From an uncultured Acidobacteriota bacterium (GTDB taxonomy: Bacteria > Acidobacteriota > Blastocatellia > RBC074), in contig CAWCKY010000001.1 in the NCBI GenBank assembly GCA_963796275.1, positions 160,001 through 224,000 of the forward strand: DNA of 64,000 bases, written 5' to 3'. Position 1 is the first letter of the stretch, and each line of letters starts with the position of its first letter. Made by a program: the position numbers and the translations under genes. Shown in pieces: positions 30,090 through 40,316 of this stretch. Under the pieces are notes generated by a model. It did not search any database. It was given only the letters and a program-made list of their open reading frames with translations, and had not been told where the DNA came from.

Positions 30090-30220
30090 ACGGCCTCCTT
30101 CAACGGCGATTCAAAATTGGGTAATTATTGACCTTCAGGCAATCGGTGTTACAAAGATTGCCTGCTTTGCTTCCGCCGCGTAGCGGCGCTAAGAATGTAG
30201 CCCTACGTTTATGGTCTTTG

Positions 30221-30355
30221 AAAAATAGATGCAACCACGTCAACCAGCGTAAGGGCAGACCTGTGTGTCTGCCCGGGTTCACGGATATGCCGCCCAGGGG
30301 GCAGACACATAGGTAACACATAGGTCTGCCCCTACGTGGTTGCTATATTTTTTTC
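30221..30355. repeat. Inverted pair of GTAG-type REP sequences (REPIN/BIME-like)
   Basis: CGTAAGGGCAGACCTGTGTGTCTGCCC (30248..) and GGGCAGACACATAGGT-aacacataggt-CTGCCCCTACG (..30336), flanked by the inverted repeat GCAACCACGT / ACGTGGTTGC. Confidence 0.7.
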
Positions 30356-30822
30356 AAAAGAACATCAACGCCGGGTAGGTATTAGCATGTAGGCGTTAAG
30401 CATTTAACCTAAATGTCAATAACTGAAACGTGTGCGAATTAAAGCTGATTGTTCTCAGTGATGTCTAGAACACTTTGTTATCAAGTTGTTATAAAGGTCT
30501 ACTCATCTGAGGCGCAGTGGAGCGTATCGGACTAACTACTGCCTCGGTTAACCTCCGCCCGGTGGAACATGACGTGAGACAGTCTGATTGAAGGTCGATC
30601 TGCTGTCAATCATCACTGTCTCAGTCCGGTTTGTATTCGTATTGGGTGATGTGCCATACGTTGAGGCGATCACATTCGCGCCGCTGATCTAAGCGTTCCT
30701 TCGGAAATCCGCCATCAATATCTATCTAAATCCGCTTGCCATTGCGCCATTTGCGCCTCTAGGGTAAATTGCCCCTGATATTCCACAAAAAATCCATAAG
30801 AGAATGAGTGCTCGGAGTCTGT

Positions 30823-32841
30823 ATGCAGCGTTCCGTACGTTTAACAATACTGCTGTTGATGCTCGGATCTGGCGCGATTCCCTGGTTGCATGCAGCCAAC
30901 CCCAATGATGCCGGCTCGATACCGACATTCAGCCAGAAACCAAAGCAATTCACAGTTAAGGACGAACCCAACGATGCCGATCTGGCTCGCAGATTCACGA
31001 ACACGATCCGTCCATTCCTGACCGCGTATTGCACGGGTTGCCATAGCGGCCCCACGCCCCAAGCCAGCTTCGATCTGCAACGCTATCAGACGGTGGAATC
31101 GGTGGTTGATGACTTCGCTCATTGGGCGCTCGTGCTGGGCAAGCTCACGGCGCAGGAGATGCCGCCACAGGGAATGAAGCAGCCGCCGGAAGACCTGCGC
31201 CAACAGGTGATCGATTGGATTAAGGCCGTGCGGAAGAACGAGGCGCGCAAAAATCCCGGCGATCCGGGGCCCGTGCTGGCCCGGCGGCTCAGCAATGCCG
31301 AATACAACTACACTATCCGCGATCTGACGGGAGTGGACCTGCGTCCGGCGCGTGAGTTCCCCGTAGATCCGGCGAATCAGGCCGGTTTCGACAACTCGGG
31401 CGAGTCGCTCACGATATCGCCTTCGTTGATGTCGAAGTATCTGGACGCGGCACGAAAGGTTGCGGATCACCTCGTCCTCAAACCTGATGGATTTTCGTTT
31501 GCCCCCTTTCCTATGCTGGTTGAAACCGACCGCGATAAATACCCGATCAACCGGATTGTCGAATTTTATGACCGCCAGCCAACCGATTTCGCGCAGTATT
31601 TTGAAGCCGCGTGGCTCTACAAGCATCGAACCGCGTTAAGGCGCCGCTCGACGACTCTCGCGAGCATTGCGGCGCAGGCAAAGGTGTCACCCAGATATCT
31701 GGCCCTGATCTGGAAGATGCTGGAACAGTCCAGGGAGGAGGTCGGCCCACTCGTCAAGCTTCAGGCAATGTGGCGCGATCTGCCGGCCCCGCGTGACAAT
31801 CAGCCCGATATCGCCCATCAGGGCTGCCTGCAGATGCGGGACTTCGTCGTTAAAATCCGCCGGCACACGGAGAGGCTCTTCACCAAACTGGAGGCGCCGG
31901 GTTTCAACGTAAATTTTCAGCCGATCACAATGTTCAGGAACCGGCAACTAGCGGCTCACCGACGGGATTTCGACCCTTCAGCGTTGCGCGTCGAAGGCGA
32001 ACCACCGAAAGGAGACTTCGCCGTAACCCGCGGCCCCACGTTTGGGAGGGGGGAGGAAAAGGAACTGAAGATAGCTGTCGCCGCATATATCAAGGAGCGG
32101 CAGGAGGATCCCGATCTGCTGGTTCCGGCCGGAGAGCGGGCCCGCTATGAGGCCGCCTTCGCGGGCTTCAGCTCCGTGTTTCCCACCGCTTTCTGTCTGC
32201 GGGAGCGCGGCCGGTTCTATCCGATTACTTCGATGGATAAGGGCCGCCTTCTCGGGGCCGGTTTCCACAACGTGATGGGATTCTTCCGCGACGATACGCC
32301 GCTCATCGAACTCGTCCTGGACGAAAGCGGAAAGAGAGAGCTCGAGGCGCTTTGGCAGGAGTTTGAATTCATCGCCAATTATTCTGTTCGGACCTACTAT
32401 CAGTTCATCTTCAATGCGGGAGAGGGCGGAGGAGTTCGACGCAATACCGTGGACCGACCCTCCATAAACGAATTCGCCACGCAATCCGCTATCTTTAAGA
32501 TGCGGGACCAGTATCTGGCCAGGGCGTCTGAGGGAACCGACCCATTGATCCTCGAAGCCGTCAAGGATTACTTCGACCGCAAGAACGACCAAATTCGCTG
32601 GGTGGAACGCGCGCGTCCGGAAGCGGAACCGCGCCACCTGGACGCCTTATTGAATTTCGCGGCCCGCGCGTATCGCCGGCCTCTTGAGCAGGAGGAACGC
32701 GACGATGTCCTCGCTTATTACCGCGACCTTCGCCAGCAGAAAGGGTTGGCGCACGATGAGGCAATTCGCGGATCGATCGCCAGCATTCTGGTCTCGCCCG
32801 ATTTTCTTTATCGAGTCGATCTGGTAGACGCTATTAGATAG
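30823..32841 (+). CDS. Planctomycete-type cytochrome c / DUF1587 / DUF1595 protein, N-terminal part (continues in 32858..33958)
   Basis: Signal peptide, YCTGCHS heme motif, EMPP, RRLSNAEYNYTIRDLTG, GFDNSGESL, FAARAYRRPL and ILVSPDFLYR; +1 frameshift near 32835. Confidence 0.88.
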   Translation: MQRSVRLTILLLMLGSGAIPWLHAANPNDAGSIPTFSQKPKQFTVKDEPNDADLARRFTNTIRPFLTAYCTGCHSGPTPQASFDLQRYQTVESVVDDFAHWALVLGKLTAQEMPPQGMKQPPEDLRQQVIDWIKAVRKNEARKNPGDPGPVLARRLSNAEYNYTIRDLTGVDLRPAREFPVDPANQAGFDNSGESLTISPSLMSKYLDAARKVADHLVLKPDGFSFAPFPMLVETDRDKYPINRIVEFYDRQPTDFAQYFEAAWLYKHRTALRRRSTTLASIAAQAKVSPRYLALIWKMLEQSREEVGPLVKLQAMWRDLPAPRDNQPDIAHQGCLQMRDFVVKIRRHTERLFTKLEAPGFNVNFQPITMFRNRQLAAHRRDFDPSALRVEGEPPKGDFAVTRGPTFGRGEEKELKIAVAAYIKERQEDPDLLVPAGERARYEAAFAGFSSVFPTAFCLRERGRFYPITSMDKGRLLGAGFHNVMGFFRDDTPLIELVLDESGKRELEALWQEFEFIANYSVRTYYQFIFNAGEGGGVRRNTVDRPSINEFATQSAIFKMRDQYLARASEGTDPLILEAVKDYFDRKNDQIRWVERARPEAEPRHLDALLNFAARAYRRPLEQEERDDVLAYYRDLRQQKGLAHDEAIRGSIASILVSPDFLYRVDLVDAIR

Positions 32842-32857
32842 AAATTCCGCTAAATCG

Positions 32858-33958
32858 GTGGCCGCGCAGTACCGCCTTCTTTCCGGTTACGCTCTGGCGA
32901 GCCGGTTGAGTTACTTCCTCTGGTCAAGCATGCCCGATGAAGAGTTGCTCTTCCACGCAAAGACCGGCGACCTTAGCAAACCGGCGGTGCTGGCCGTACA
33001 GGTCCGCCGTATGTTGAAAGACAACCGGGTGCGCGCTCTGGCAACGGAATTCGGAGGCAACTGGCTGGACTTTCGCCGCTTTGAGAGCCACAACGCGGTA
33101 GATCGCGAGCGCTTCCCCGTTTTTACGAGCGAACTTCGCGAGGCGATGTTCGAGGAGCCGATCCGTTTTCTCACCGACCTGATTCAGAATGACCGCGCCG
33201 TCCCGGAATTGTTATATGGCAACTACACGTTTGTGAATCGCGTTCTGGCCGAACACTACGGCGTTCCAGCAAAAACTTCCGCGGGACCTGACGAGTGGTT
33301 CCGAATTAAGGACGCCCGCACTTACGGCCGAGGTGGCCTGCTGCCGATGGCGGTCTTCCTGACCCAAAACGCGCCCGGTCTGCGAACTAGTCCGGTGAAG
33401 CGTGGATACTGGGTCGCTCGCCGGGTGCTGGGCGAGGCGATTCCGCCGCCGCCACCCACAGTTCCGGAACTGCCGCGCGACGAATCGAAGTCGGATCTGC
33501 CGGTTCGCGATCTGTTGGCCAAACACCGGGAAAATGCCGCATGCGCGTCCTGCCATAGCCGCTTCGATTCTTTAGGCCTGGCATTCGAAGGTTATGGCCC
33601 CGTTGGCGAGAGGCGAACCGAGGATCTCGCCGGGCGGTCCGTAGATGCGCGCGCCGCATTTCCGGGCGGCCGTCAAGGCGATGGCCTCGACGGCCTGCAA
33701 AGCTATATTCGCGCCCGTCGCGAGAAGGATTTTCTCAATAATTTATGTGAAAAGATGCTGGTGTATGCGCTTGGCCGATCGCCAATGATTTCTGATGAAC
33801 CACTTCTCGATGCGATGCGGGCGAAGCTGGCGGCAAGCGGGCACAAGATGTCCGCGCTACTCGAAACCATTGTTACCAGTCCGCAGTTCCTGAACAGACG
33901 AAGTCCGGAGTACACTCAAATGAGGACCACAGAGACCTCCCAAAAGAAAGGTAATTAA
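32858..33958 (+). CDS. DUF1592 / DUF1588 / DUF1585 protein, C-terminal part of the same gene
   Basis: LASRLSYFLWSSMPDEEL, RGGLL, RTSPVKRGYWV, PPPPP, ACASCH and LVYALGR motifs. Confidence 0.88.
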   Translation: MAAQYRLLSGYALASRLSYFLWSSMPDEELLFHAKTGDLSKPAVLAVQVRRMLKDNRVRALATEFGGNWLDFRRFESHNAVDRERFPVFTSELREAMFEEPIRFLTDLIQNDRAVPELLYGNYTFVNRVLAEHYGVPAKTSAGPDEWFRIKDARTYGRGGLLPMAVFLTQNAPGLRTSPVKRGYWVARRVLGEAIPPPPPTVPELPRDESKSDLPVRDLLAKHRENAACASCHSRFDSLGLAFEGYGPVGERRTEDLAGRSVDARAAFPGGRQGDGLDGLQSYIRARREKDFLNNLCEKMLVYALGRSPMISDEPLLDAMRAKLAASGHKMSALLETIVTSPQFLNRRSPEYTQMRTTETSQKKGN

Positions 33959-33959
33959 G

Positions 33960-35291
33960 ATGCCTGATCGAATGAATCCATCTGCCAATCGGATCACCCG
34001 CCGCGCGATTCTTCGCGGCGCCGGAGTCGCCATCGCGCTGCCGTGGCTTGAATCTTTCGCCGCCATAGCAGGAACGGCAGGAGGCGATTCGTTTCCTCAA
34101 CGATTTGGAGTGGTCTTTCTCGGTTGTGGCGTCAATGAGGATCACTGGGGATCGCAGGGATCCGGCGCGGAGATGAAGCTGAGCAAGTCGCTCTCGCCTC
34201 TCGAGCCGTGGAAGAGCAAGATCAACGTGATCCATGGGCTTTTCAACAAGGGGGCCACGGGCCTCGGCATTCATCCCCCGCAGACCGGCAGCCTGCTGAC
34301 GGGCGCAACGCTTAGCAAAGGCGCCGTGCTTCGTTCGGGTATCTCGGTTGACCAGATGATCGCCAGCCGAATCGGCCAGGAGACCCTGCAACCGAGCATG
34401 GTTCTCGCTTGCGAACAGCCGATGACCGGATTCCACGAAAGCAACTACTCGATGGCTTACAGTTCGCACATCTCGTGGCAAAGTCCTGAATCCCCGGTGC
34501 CGAACGAAATCTATCCATCGCTGGCGTTCGACATGCTGTTTGAGAACCGCGGTAGCCTGCTTAACCTCAGCATCCTGGACCGCGTGAAAGAGCGCACCGA
34601 ACGTGTTCGCCGTAAGATCAGTTCGAGCGACAACGTCAGGCTGGATGAGTTCATGACGAGCGTTCGCGAAGTGGAGAAGCGCGTCGAAGGCATGCGGAAG
34701 GCCAAGGAGAAAGCGGATGACCTGGCCAAGCAGAAGAATCGTCCGGTATGGAGCCTGGAACGTCCGGCCAACGGTTTGCCAGAAGACCTCCGTGAACACT
34801 CCAAGCTGATGTTGGACCTCATCGCGATCGCTTTTCAAACCGACAAGACGCGTATCGCCACGCTGATGATCACGCGCGACCTTTCGGCCATGTACTATCC
34901 CTTCCTGGAGGTCACACAGGCGCACCACGGCGCTTCCCACTACAACAATAACGATGAGTACGAACGGATCACGCGCTGGCACGTGAGTCAGTTCGCATAT
35001 CTGGCATCGAAGCTTGATGCCATGCCGGAAGGCGACAACACGGTGTTGGATAACTCCTGTCTGATGTTCCTGTCCAACTTGTGGGTGGGAAGAACGCACA
35101 ACAACTCGCGGTTACCTTTGTTGCTCGCCGGAGGGCTCGGCGGCACGCTCCAGACGGGCCGGACGCTGGATTATGTAAATGCCGGCGACGAGAATCGAAA
35201 GGTGTGCAGCCTTTACCTGTCGCTCATGGACCGCATGGGTATCAAATTGGATCGCTTCGGCGACGCGGATGCTCGGCTCGCAAATCTATAA
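33960..35291 (+). CDS. DUF1552 domain protein (Tat signal)
   Basis: ITRRAILRGAGVAIALPWLES, SVDQMIA, YSSHISW, AFQTDKTRIAT, HHGASH, EGDNTVLDNS and HNNSRLPLLLAG. Confidence 0.92.
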   Translation: MPDRMNPSANRITRRAILRGAGVAIALPWLESFAAIAGTAGGDSFPQRFGVVFLGCGVNEDHWGSQGSGAEMKLSKSLSPLEPWKSKINVIHGLFNKGATGLGIHPPQTGSLLTGATLSKGAVLRSGISVDQMIASRIGQETLQPSMVLACEQPMTGFHESNYSMAYSSHISWQSPESPVPNEIYPSLAFDMLFENRGSLLNLSILDRVKERTERVRRKISSSDNVRLDEFMTSVREVEKRVEGMRKAKEKADDLAKQKNRPVWSLERPANGLPEDLREHSKLMLDLIAIAFQTDKTRIATLMITRDLSAMYYPFLEVTQAHHGASHYNNNDEYERITRWHVSQFAYLASKLDAMPEGDNTVLDNSCLMFLSNLWVGRTHNNSRLPLLLAGGLGGTLQTGRTLDYVNAGDENRKVCSLYLSLMDRMGIKLDRFGDADARLANL

Positions 35292-35440
35292 CTAATCAAT
35301 CTGCTCCCTGTGATTAGGGCGAATATGCAGCTCGCTGGAGGGTAGGCAGTTCTCTACGAGCATAAGTCTATCGAGTCAACCTCACTTGGGCTGATCAGTA
35401 AAAACAGCGGAATCAGTTCTGTAGACCTACTTTCCGAGGA

Positions 35441-37531
35441 ATGATGAAAAAAAACGTTACCCAACGTCATCTTGTTCGCACGCCCGTCTGGCACGCTCAA
35501 CTGGCGCTCCTCTTGATTCTCTCGGTGGGAAGCGCCGAAACCCGAGGCGACGCCAAAGATGAGGTGAAGAACAATCCGCCGCAGATCAGCTCGGTTTTTC
35601 CGCAAGGCGCACGCTCCGGCTCTCAATTGGAAGTCACCATAAATGGTCAGAATCTCTCCGGGGCAACGAAGATCATTTTTAGCGAACCGGGCGTGTCAGC
35701 TCGTTTGCTCAAGGCCGCAAACACTAAGGTCGCGGTCAAGTTTGAGGTTGCTCCTCAGGCCACTATCGGCCCTCACTATTTTCGGTTGGTCACATCGCGC
35801 GGTACTTCCAACCTCTTGATCTTCAGGGTTGGCGATCTGTCCGAAACCGAAGAGGCCGAGCCAAACGATACGTTCGAGAAGGCCAACCGTATTCATGCGC
35901 CGGCGACTATCGATGCCAGAATGGCAATGGACGATGACATTGATATGTATCGTCTCAGAGCCGAGGCCGGCGAGCGCTTGATTTTCGACCTGCTGGCTGC
36001 CCGGAACGGATCTGGGGGAGACCTGGCCCTGACGCTGCTAGACGCGCGCGGGCATATCGTCAAACACAGTGAGGATCACTTTCTCTGGGACCCCTTCCTA
36101 AGTTTCGCCTTCAGAGAATCCGGAGAATACTTTCTGGCGATCAGACCTCTTGACGGTCGGGGGAACCCAAATTTCGCATACCAATTGACGATCAGGCCGG
36201 GACCTTATCTGGCTTCTATTTTTCCGCTCGGCGCACAACGGGGGACTTCACCAGAACTGTCGTTGCGTGGGGAGATGTTGGCTGGGGCGACGCGAACCGA
36301 GGTCGAACGCGGCCCGGGGCAAGGGCTGCAGATTGCAGCGCTCAACTCTGCGGTTGATACGGCGACTATTCATGCGCATATCGCAGAGGATGCCACACTC
36401 GGCATATATAATTTGCGCCTGTCGACCGGGGCCGGATGGTCCAACCAGGTCAAATTCTTCGTCGGCGATCTGCTCGAATTTAGCGAAACGGAGTCGAACG
36501 AATCTCAAGCGCAACGCGTGGGCATTCCGGCAACGATAAACGGCCGGATCGAGAAAAAGAGCGATATAGATCGCTTTACCTTCACGGCCTCTGCGGGCGA
36601 ACAGCTGGTCCTCGAGGTGAAAGCGGAAGAGCTGGGCTCGCCCCTGGATACGCACTTGACTCTCTACAATGATAAAGGAGGCGAATTGGCGAGCAATGAT
36701 GATGCGGAGCCAAGTAACCGCCTGAATCGCGACGCGAGGCTGGAATTTTCTGTCAAAGAGGCGGGCGATTATTCTCTTGCGATTCGCGATCTTTCACGGC
36801 TCGGCGGCCCGGACTATGGCTACCGGTTGACCATCAGGAAGTCTGCTCCGACTTTTTCCCTGAGTTTCGATACGGATCGGCCGATTGTCGAGCTAGGCGG
36901 CTCGGGGACGTTGAAGATCACCGCCAAACGCCAGGAAGGATTCGATGGTGAGATATCGCTGGAAGTCCTGGGTTTGCCGAAGACGATCAGTGCTGCTCCA
37001 GCGGCAATAAAAAAAGGGGAGACGCAAGCTTCGATCGCCTTTAAATGCGATAGCGGATCCGCCTCTGAAGTATTTCCTATCAAAGTCGCCGGCGAGGCGA
37101 AGATCAACGATAAGGATGTCAAGCAATTGGCCAGAATGCAGGCTAGAGTCTCCGGCATCGGACCGGGGTACACTACCGCCCAGCTTGTTGAAGTGCCTTT
37201 GGCGATTACGGAACCGGTTCAATTCAATCTCGAAGTCGACGCCACTCAAGTGCCGCTGGTACGAGGCGGCAGCACGGAGTTCACGGTGACGGCGAAGCGG
37301 CGGGCGGGCTTCAACACGGCGATCGCGCTCGTTGTCGAAAATCTCCCCGCAGGCGTCACGGCTGAGGAGGTTCAGATCCGCGAAGACGGGAATCATGCAG
37401 TAGTTAAGCTCAAGGCAGATGAGACGGCCGTCATTGGCCGGTACCTGGATGTGGTGATTGTGGGTAAGGCCAAATACGGCGAGCGCGAGGAGGTCCAGCA
37501 GGCTCCCAGGATTACACTGAAAATTGATTGA
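35441..37531 (+). CDS. Secreted PPC (pre-peptidase C-terminal) domain protein, planctomycete-type
   Basis: SVFPQGARSG / IFPLGAQRG repeats, EAEPNDT, DIDMYR / DIDRFTF, GSPLDTHLTL, LASNDD and NLPAGVTA. Confidence 0.85.
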   Translation: MMKKNVTQRHLVRTPVWHAQLALLLILSVGSAETRGDAKDEVKNNPPQISSVFPQGARSGSQLEVTINGQNLSGATKIIFSEPGVSARLLKAANTKVAVKFEVAPQATIGPHYFRLVTSRGTSNLLIFRVGDLSETEEAEPNDTFEKANRIHAPATIDARMAMDDDIDMYRLRAEAGERLIFDLLAARNGSGGDLALTLLDARGHIVKHSEDHFLWDPFLSFAFRESGEYFLAIRPLDGRGNPNFAYQLTIRPGPYLASIFPLGAQRGTSPELSLRGEMLAGATRTEVERGPGQGLQIAALNSAVDTATIHAHIAEDATLGIYNLRLSTGAGWSNQVKFFVGDLLEFSETESNESQAQRVGIPATINGRIEKKSDIDRFTFTASAGEQLVLEVKAEELGSPLDTHLTLYNDKGGELASNDDAEPSNRLNRDARLEFSVKEAGDYSLAIRDLSRLGGPDYGYRLTIRKSAPTFSLSFDTDRPIVELGGSGTLKITAKRQEGFDGEISLEVLGLPKTISAAPAAIKKGETQASIAFKCDSGSASEVFPIKVAGEAKINDKDVKQLARMQARVSGIGPGYTTAQLVEVPLAITEPVQFNLEVDATQVPLVRGGSTEFTVTAKRRAGFNTAIALVVENLPAGVTAEEVQIREDGNHAVVKLKADETAVIGRYLDVVIVGKAKYGEREEVQQAPRITLKID

Positions 37532-37625
37532 AAATCCATTTGAGGGGCGGTAAGCTGCATCCGCTATACCTGCTGTATTCCCGACCAATCTGGTAAAAAG
37601 GCGTTTCAAAAGGCAATTCAAAAAG

Positions 37626-40161
37626 GTGATTCAAGATGCTGCAACATTATGTAAGCAAACTGAACATGTAAGCAAACTGAACGGGAAAGGCGTCTCTCAC
37701 CTGGTAAAGATGGTGATCCTACTGACAGCCTCGATTGGGGCTTTTAGTCTGATCATTCCCGTCACGGGGGCCAAAGGGCAAAGATCATCGAGCGGAAGTG
37801 GCGCGACTCTCGTGCGCCTCTCGCTCGAGCCGGAACAAGCGCTCATCTTTGGCGCCCAACTCACTCAGACGCTGATCGTCACTGGAAAGTATGCTGATGG
37901 AAGTTTGCGGGACTTAACCCGCGAGGCCTCTTTCACATCGAGCGACCCGGCGGTTGCGACTGTTGACGCGAGCGGAACGGTCAAGGCGATCAAAAACGGT
38001 CTGGTCTGGATCATTGCGAAAGTGGGTCGCTTGAGCGCGCGTCAATCCATCCGTGTGAAGCTCGCCGATCAAAAGCACACCATCAGTTTCGTCAATGACA
38101 TTGCGCCGATCTTCGCTCGGCTGGGATGCAGCAATAGCAATTGCCACGGCGCTCTCAACGGCCAGAGCGGGTTCAAGCTCTCGCTCTTCGGCTATGAGCC
38201 GGAAACCGATTACAAGGCGGTGGTTGAGGCGTCGGATGGTCGGAGAATCAATCGTGCAGATCCAGTCAAGAGCCTCATCCTGCTCAAAGCTACGATGAGC
38301 GTCCGGCATGGCGGTGGGAAAAGGTTTGATCTTGGCTCGCCCGAATATCAGGCCCTCAAAGAGTGGATCGAAGCCGGGGCGCCGGCGGGTGGCAGCAACG
38401 AGCGAAAGATTGTCAGCCTGGAAGTGATGCCCCGTGAGCGAGTCCTCGTTCGCGCAGACGCGATGCAACAATTGGTCGTCCTGGCTCATTATGCCGATGG
38501 TACGAAGGCCGATGTGACCCGCAAGGTGCGCTACCAGTCGAACGATGACTCGATCGCCACGGTCTCGACAGACGGGCTGGTCGCAGCCAAGCGCAGCGGA
38601 GAGGCAGCCATCCTCATCCGTTCCCTGGACCAGGTGGCGGCCGCCCGTATTGGCGTAGTGCTAAGTCCCCCGGTGCGCAACTACCCGAAAGTGCCGCGAC
38701 ATAATTTCATCGACGAGCTCGTTTTCAGCAAACTCAAGAGGCTTAACATCGTTCCGTCAGAGTTGTGCTCGGACGAAGAGTTCCTGCGCCGCGCCCACCT
38801 CGACCTGATCGGCGTGTTGCCGACGGCGGAAGAAGCGCGGAAATTTTTAGCCAGCCGGGCATCGAATAAACGAGAAAAACTTGTCGATGAGCTGCTCGAG
38901 CGTCCGGAATACGCCGATTTCTGGGGCCTTTACTGGAGTGACCGGTTATCGAATTCGCGACAGTTTCTCTACGAGAAAGGGACTTTTTTCTTCCAACAGT
39001 GGCTGCGAGAGGCGATGGCGCAGAACTTGCCATACGATCAGTTTGCCAGAGAGCTCGTCACAGCCACTGGCGGCCTCTACGAGGTCGCGCCTACCAGCTA
39101 CTATCCGCTCATGAAGAAGGCCGAGGATATGGCGACGACGACGAGCCAGGTGTTTCTCGGCGTCAGTCTGGAATGCGCCCGCTGCCACGACCACCCATTC
39201 GAAAAGTGGAAGCAGGACGACTTCCTGGGGCTCGCCGCGTTCTTCTCTCAAGTGCGCCACAAAAATCGCATTCGGCAGAATGAACGCGTCCTCTACCTCG
39301 ACCCCAAGCGGGAGTTGTCACATCCTAAGAACAAGCAACCGGTCGTGCCGAAATTTCTCGGCGGTCAAACGGTTAAGGTGGAGCCAGGCCGAGATCGCAG
39401 AGATGCCCTGGCGGACTGGATGACTGAGCCATCGAATCCCTTTTTCGCCAAGGCCATCGTCAACCGCCTTTGGAAACATTTCCTCGGGCGCGGTCTGGTC
39501 GATCCCGTGGATGATTTTCGCGTATCTAATCCGCCGACTAACGAGCCGCTGCTCAACTCGCTGGCCGAGGATTTCATCCGGCATAAGTACGACCTGAAGC
39601 ATCTTTTCCGGACGATCGTGGGGTCGCGGGTCTATCAACTCTCCGCGCAACCGAACCAAACGAACAAAGAGGACAAGCAGTTCTACTCGCGCTTTTATCT
39701 CAAACGGCTCAATGCCGAAGAAATGCTTGACGGGATATGTCGAGTGACAGAGGTCCCTGAAAAGTTTCCGGGCTTTCACCTTGGAACACGGGCCACTCAA
39801 TTGCCCGACCCGAAAGTTCCCTCCTATTTCCTAGATGTCTTTGACAGGGCCACTCGCGAGACTGTCTGTGAGCGCAAGCAGACGACCAATGTAATGCAGA
39901 TCATGCATCTCGTGAGCGGCGATACCATCAATCAAAAGATCCCGGGCCGAAAACAGCTTGATTGAAAGACTCATCAAATCGAACAAGAGCAACCGAGAGA
40001 TTGTCGAAGAGCTGTATCTGAGGACGTTGTCGCGTTTTCCCAAAGAAGAGGAGGCGCATCTGGCGCAGCAGGGCATAAGCCAGGCCCCCGCATCGCGCGA
40101 GGGCTATGAAGATTTGCTCTGGGCTCTGCTCAATAGCAAAGAGTTTTTGTTCAATCACTAA
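37626..40161 (+). CDS. DUF1549/DUF1553 protein with Ig-like (Big_2) domains (one +1 frameshift near 39942)
   Basis: SFVNDIAPIF, GCSNSNCHG, GFKLSLFG, FLRRAHLDLIG, NLPYDQFA, LECARCHDHPF, VNRLWKHFLGRGLVDPVDD; the tail YEDLLWALLNSKEFLFNH is in 39958..40161. Start uncertain (37626 or 37710). Confidence 0.9.
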
Positions 40162-40188
40162 ATTAGTTATTAGTTGTGACTGCCCGGA

Positions 40189-40298
40189 TCTTCGCCGCGT
40201 TAGCGGCGAAGAGGCTGAGCAGTTAATTTCAGTTTTTAGTTTTTAGCTGAGCTGTCTCGATCAGCAACTGAAAACCGAAAACTGAAAACTAAAAACTA
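40189..40298. repeat. Palindrome plus inverted arrays of heptamer repeats (CTGAAAA/CTAAAAA)
   Basis: TCTTCGCCGC-gtta-GCGGCGAAGA at 40189..40212; tttcag-tttttag-tttttag faces actgaaa-accgaaa-actgaaa-actaaaa. Confidence 0.55.
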
Positions 40299-40316
40299 TC
40301 TTCTGCGGAGGATGAG

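Noticed and set aside
33873-35099. Long antisense ORFs (408 aa here; also 20944..21867, 30841..31626, 50998..51828, 6212..7006)
   Set aside because: Shadow ORFs on the opposite strand of well-supported GC-rich genes, with no motifs or RBS.
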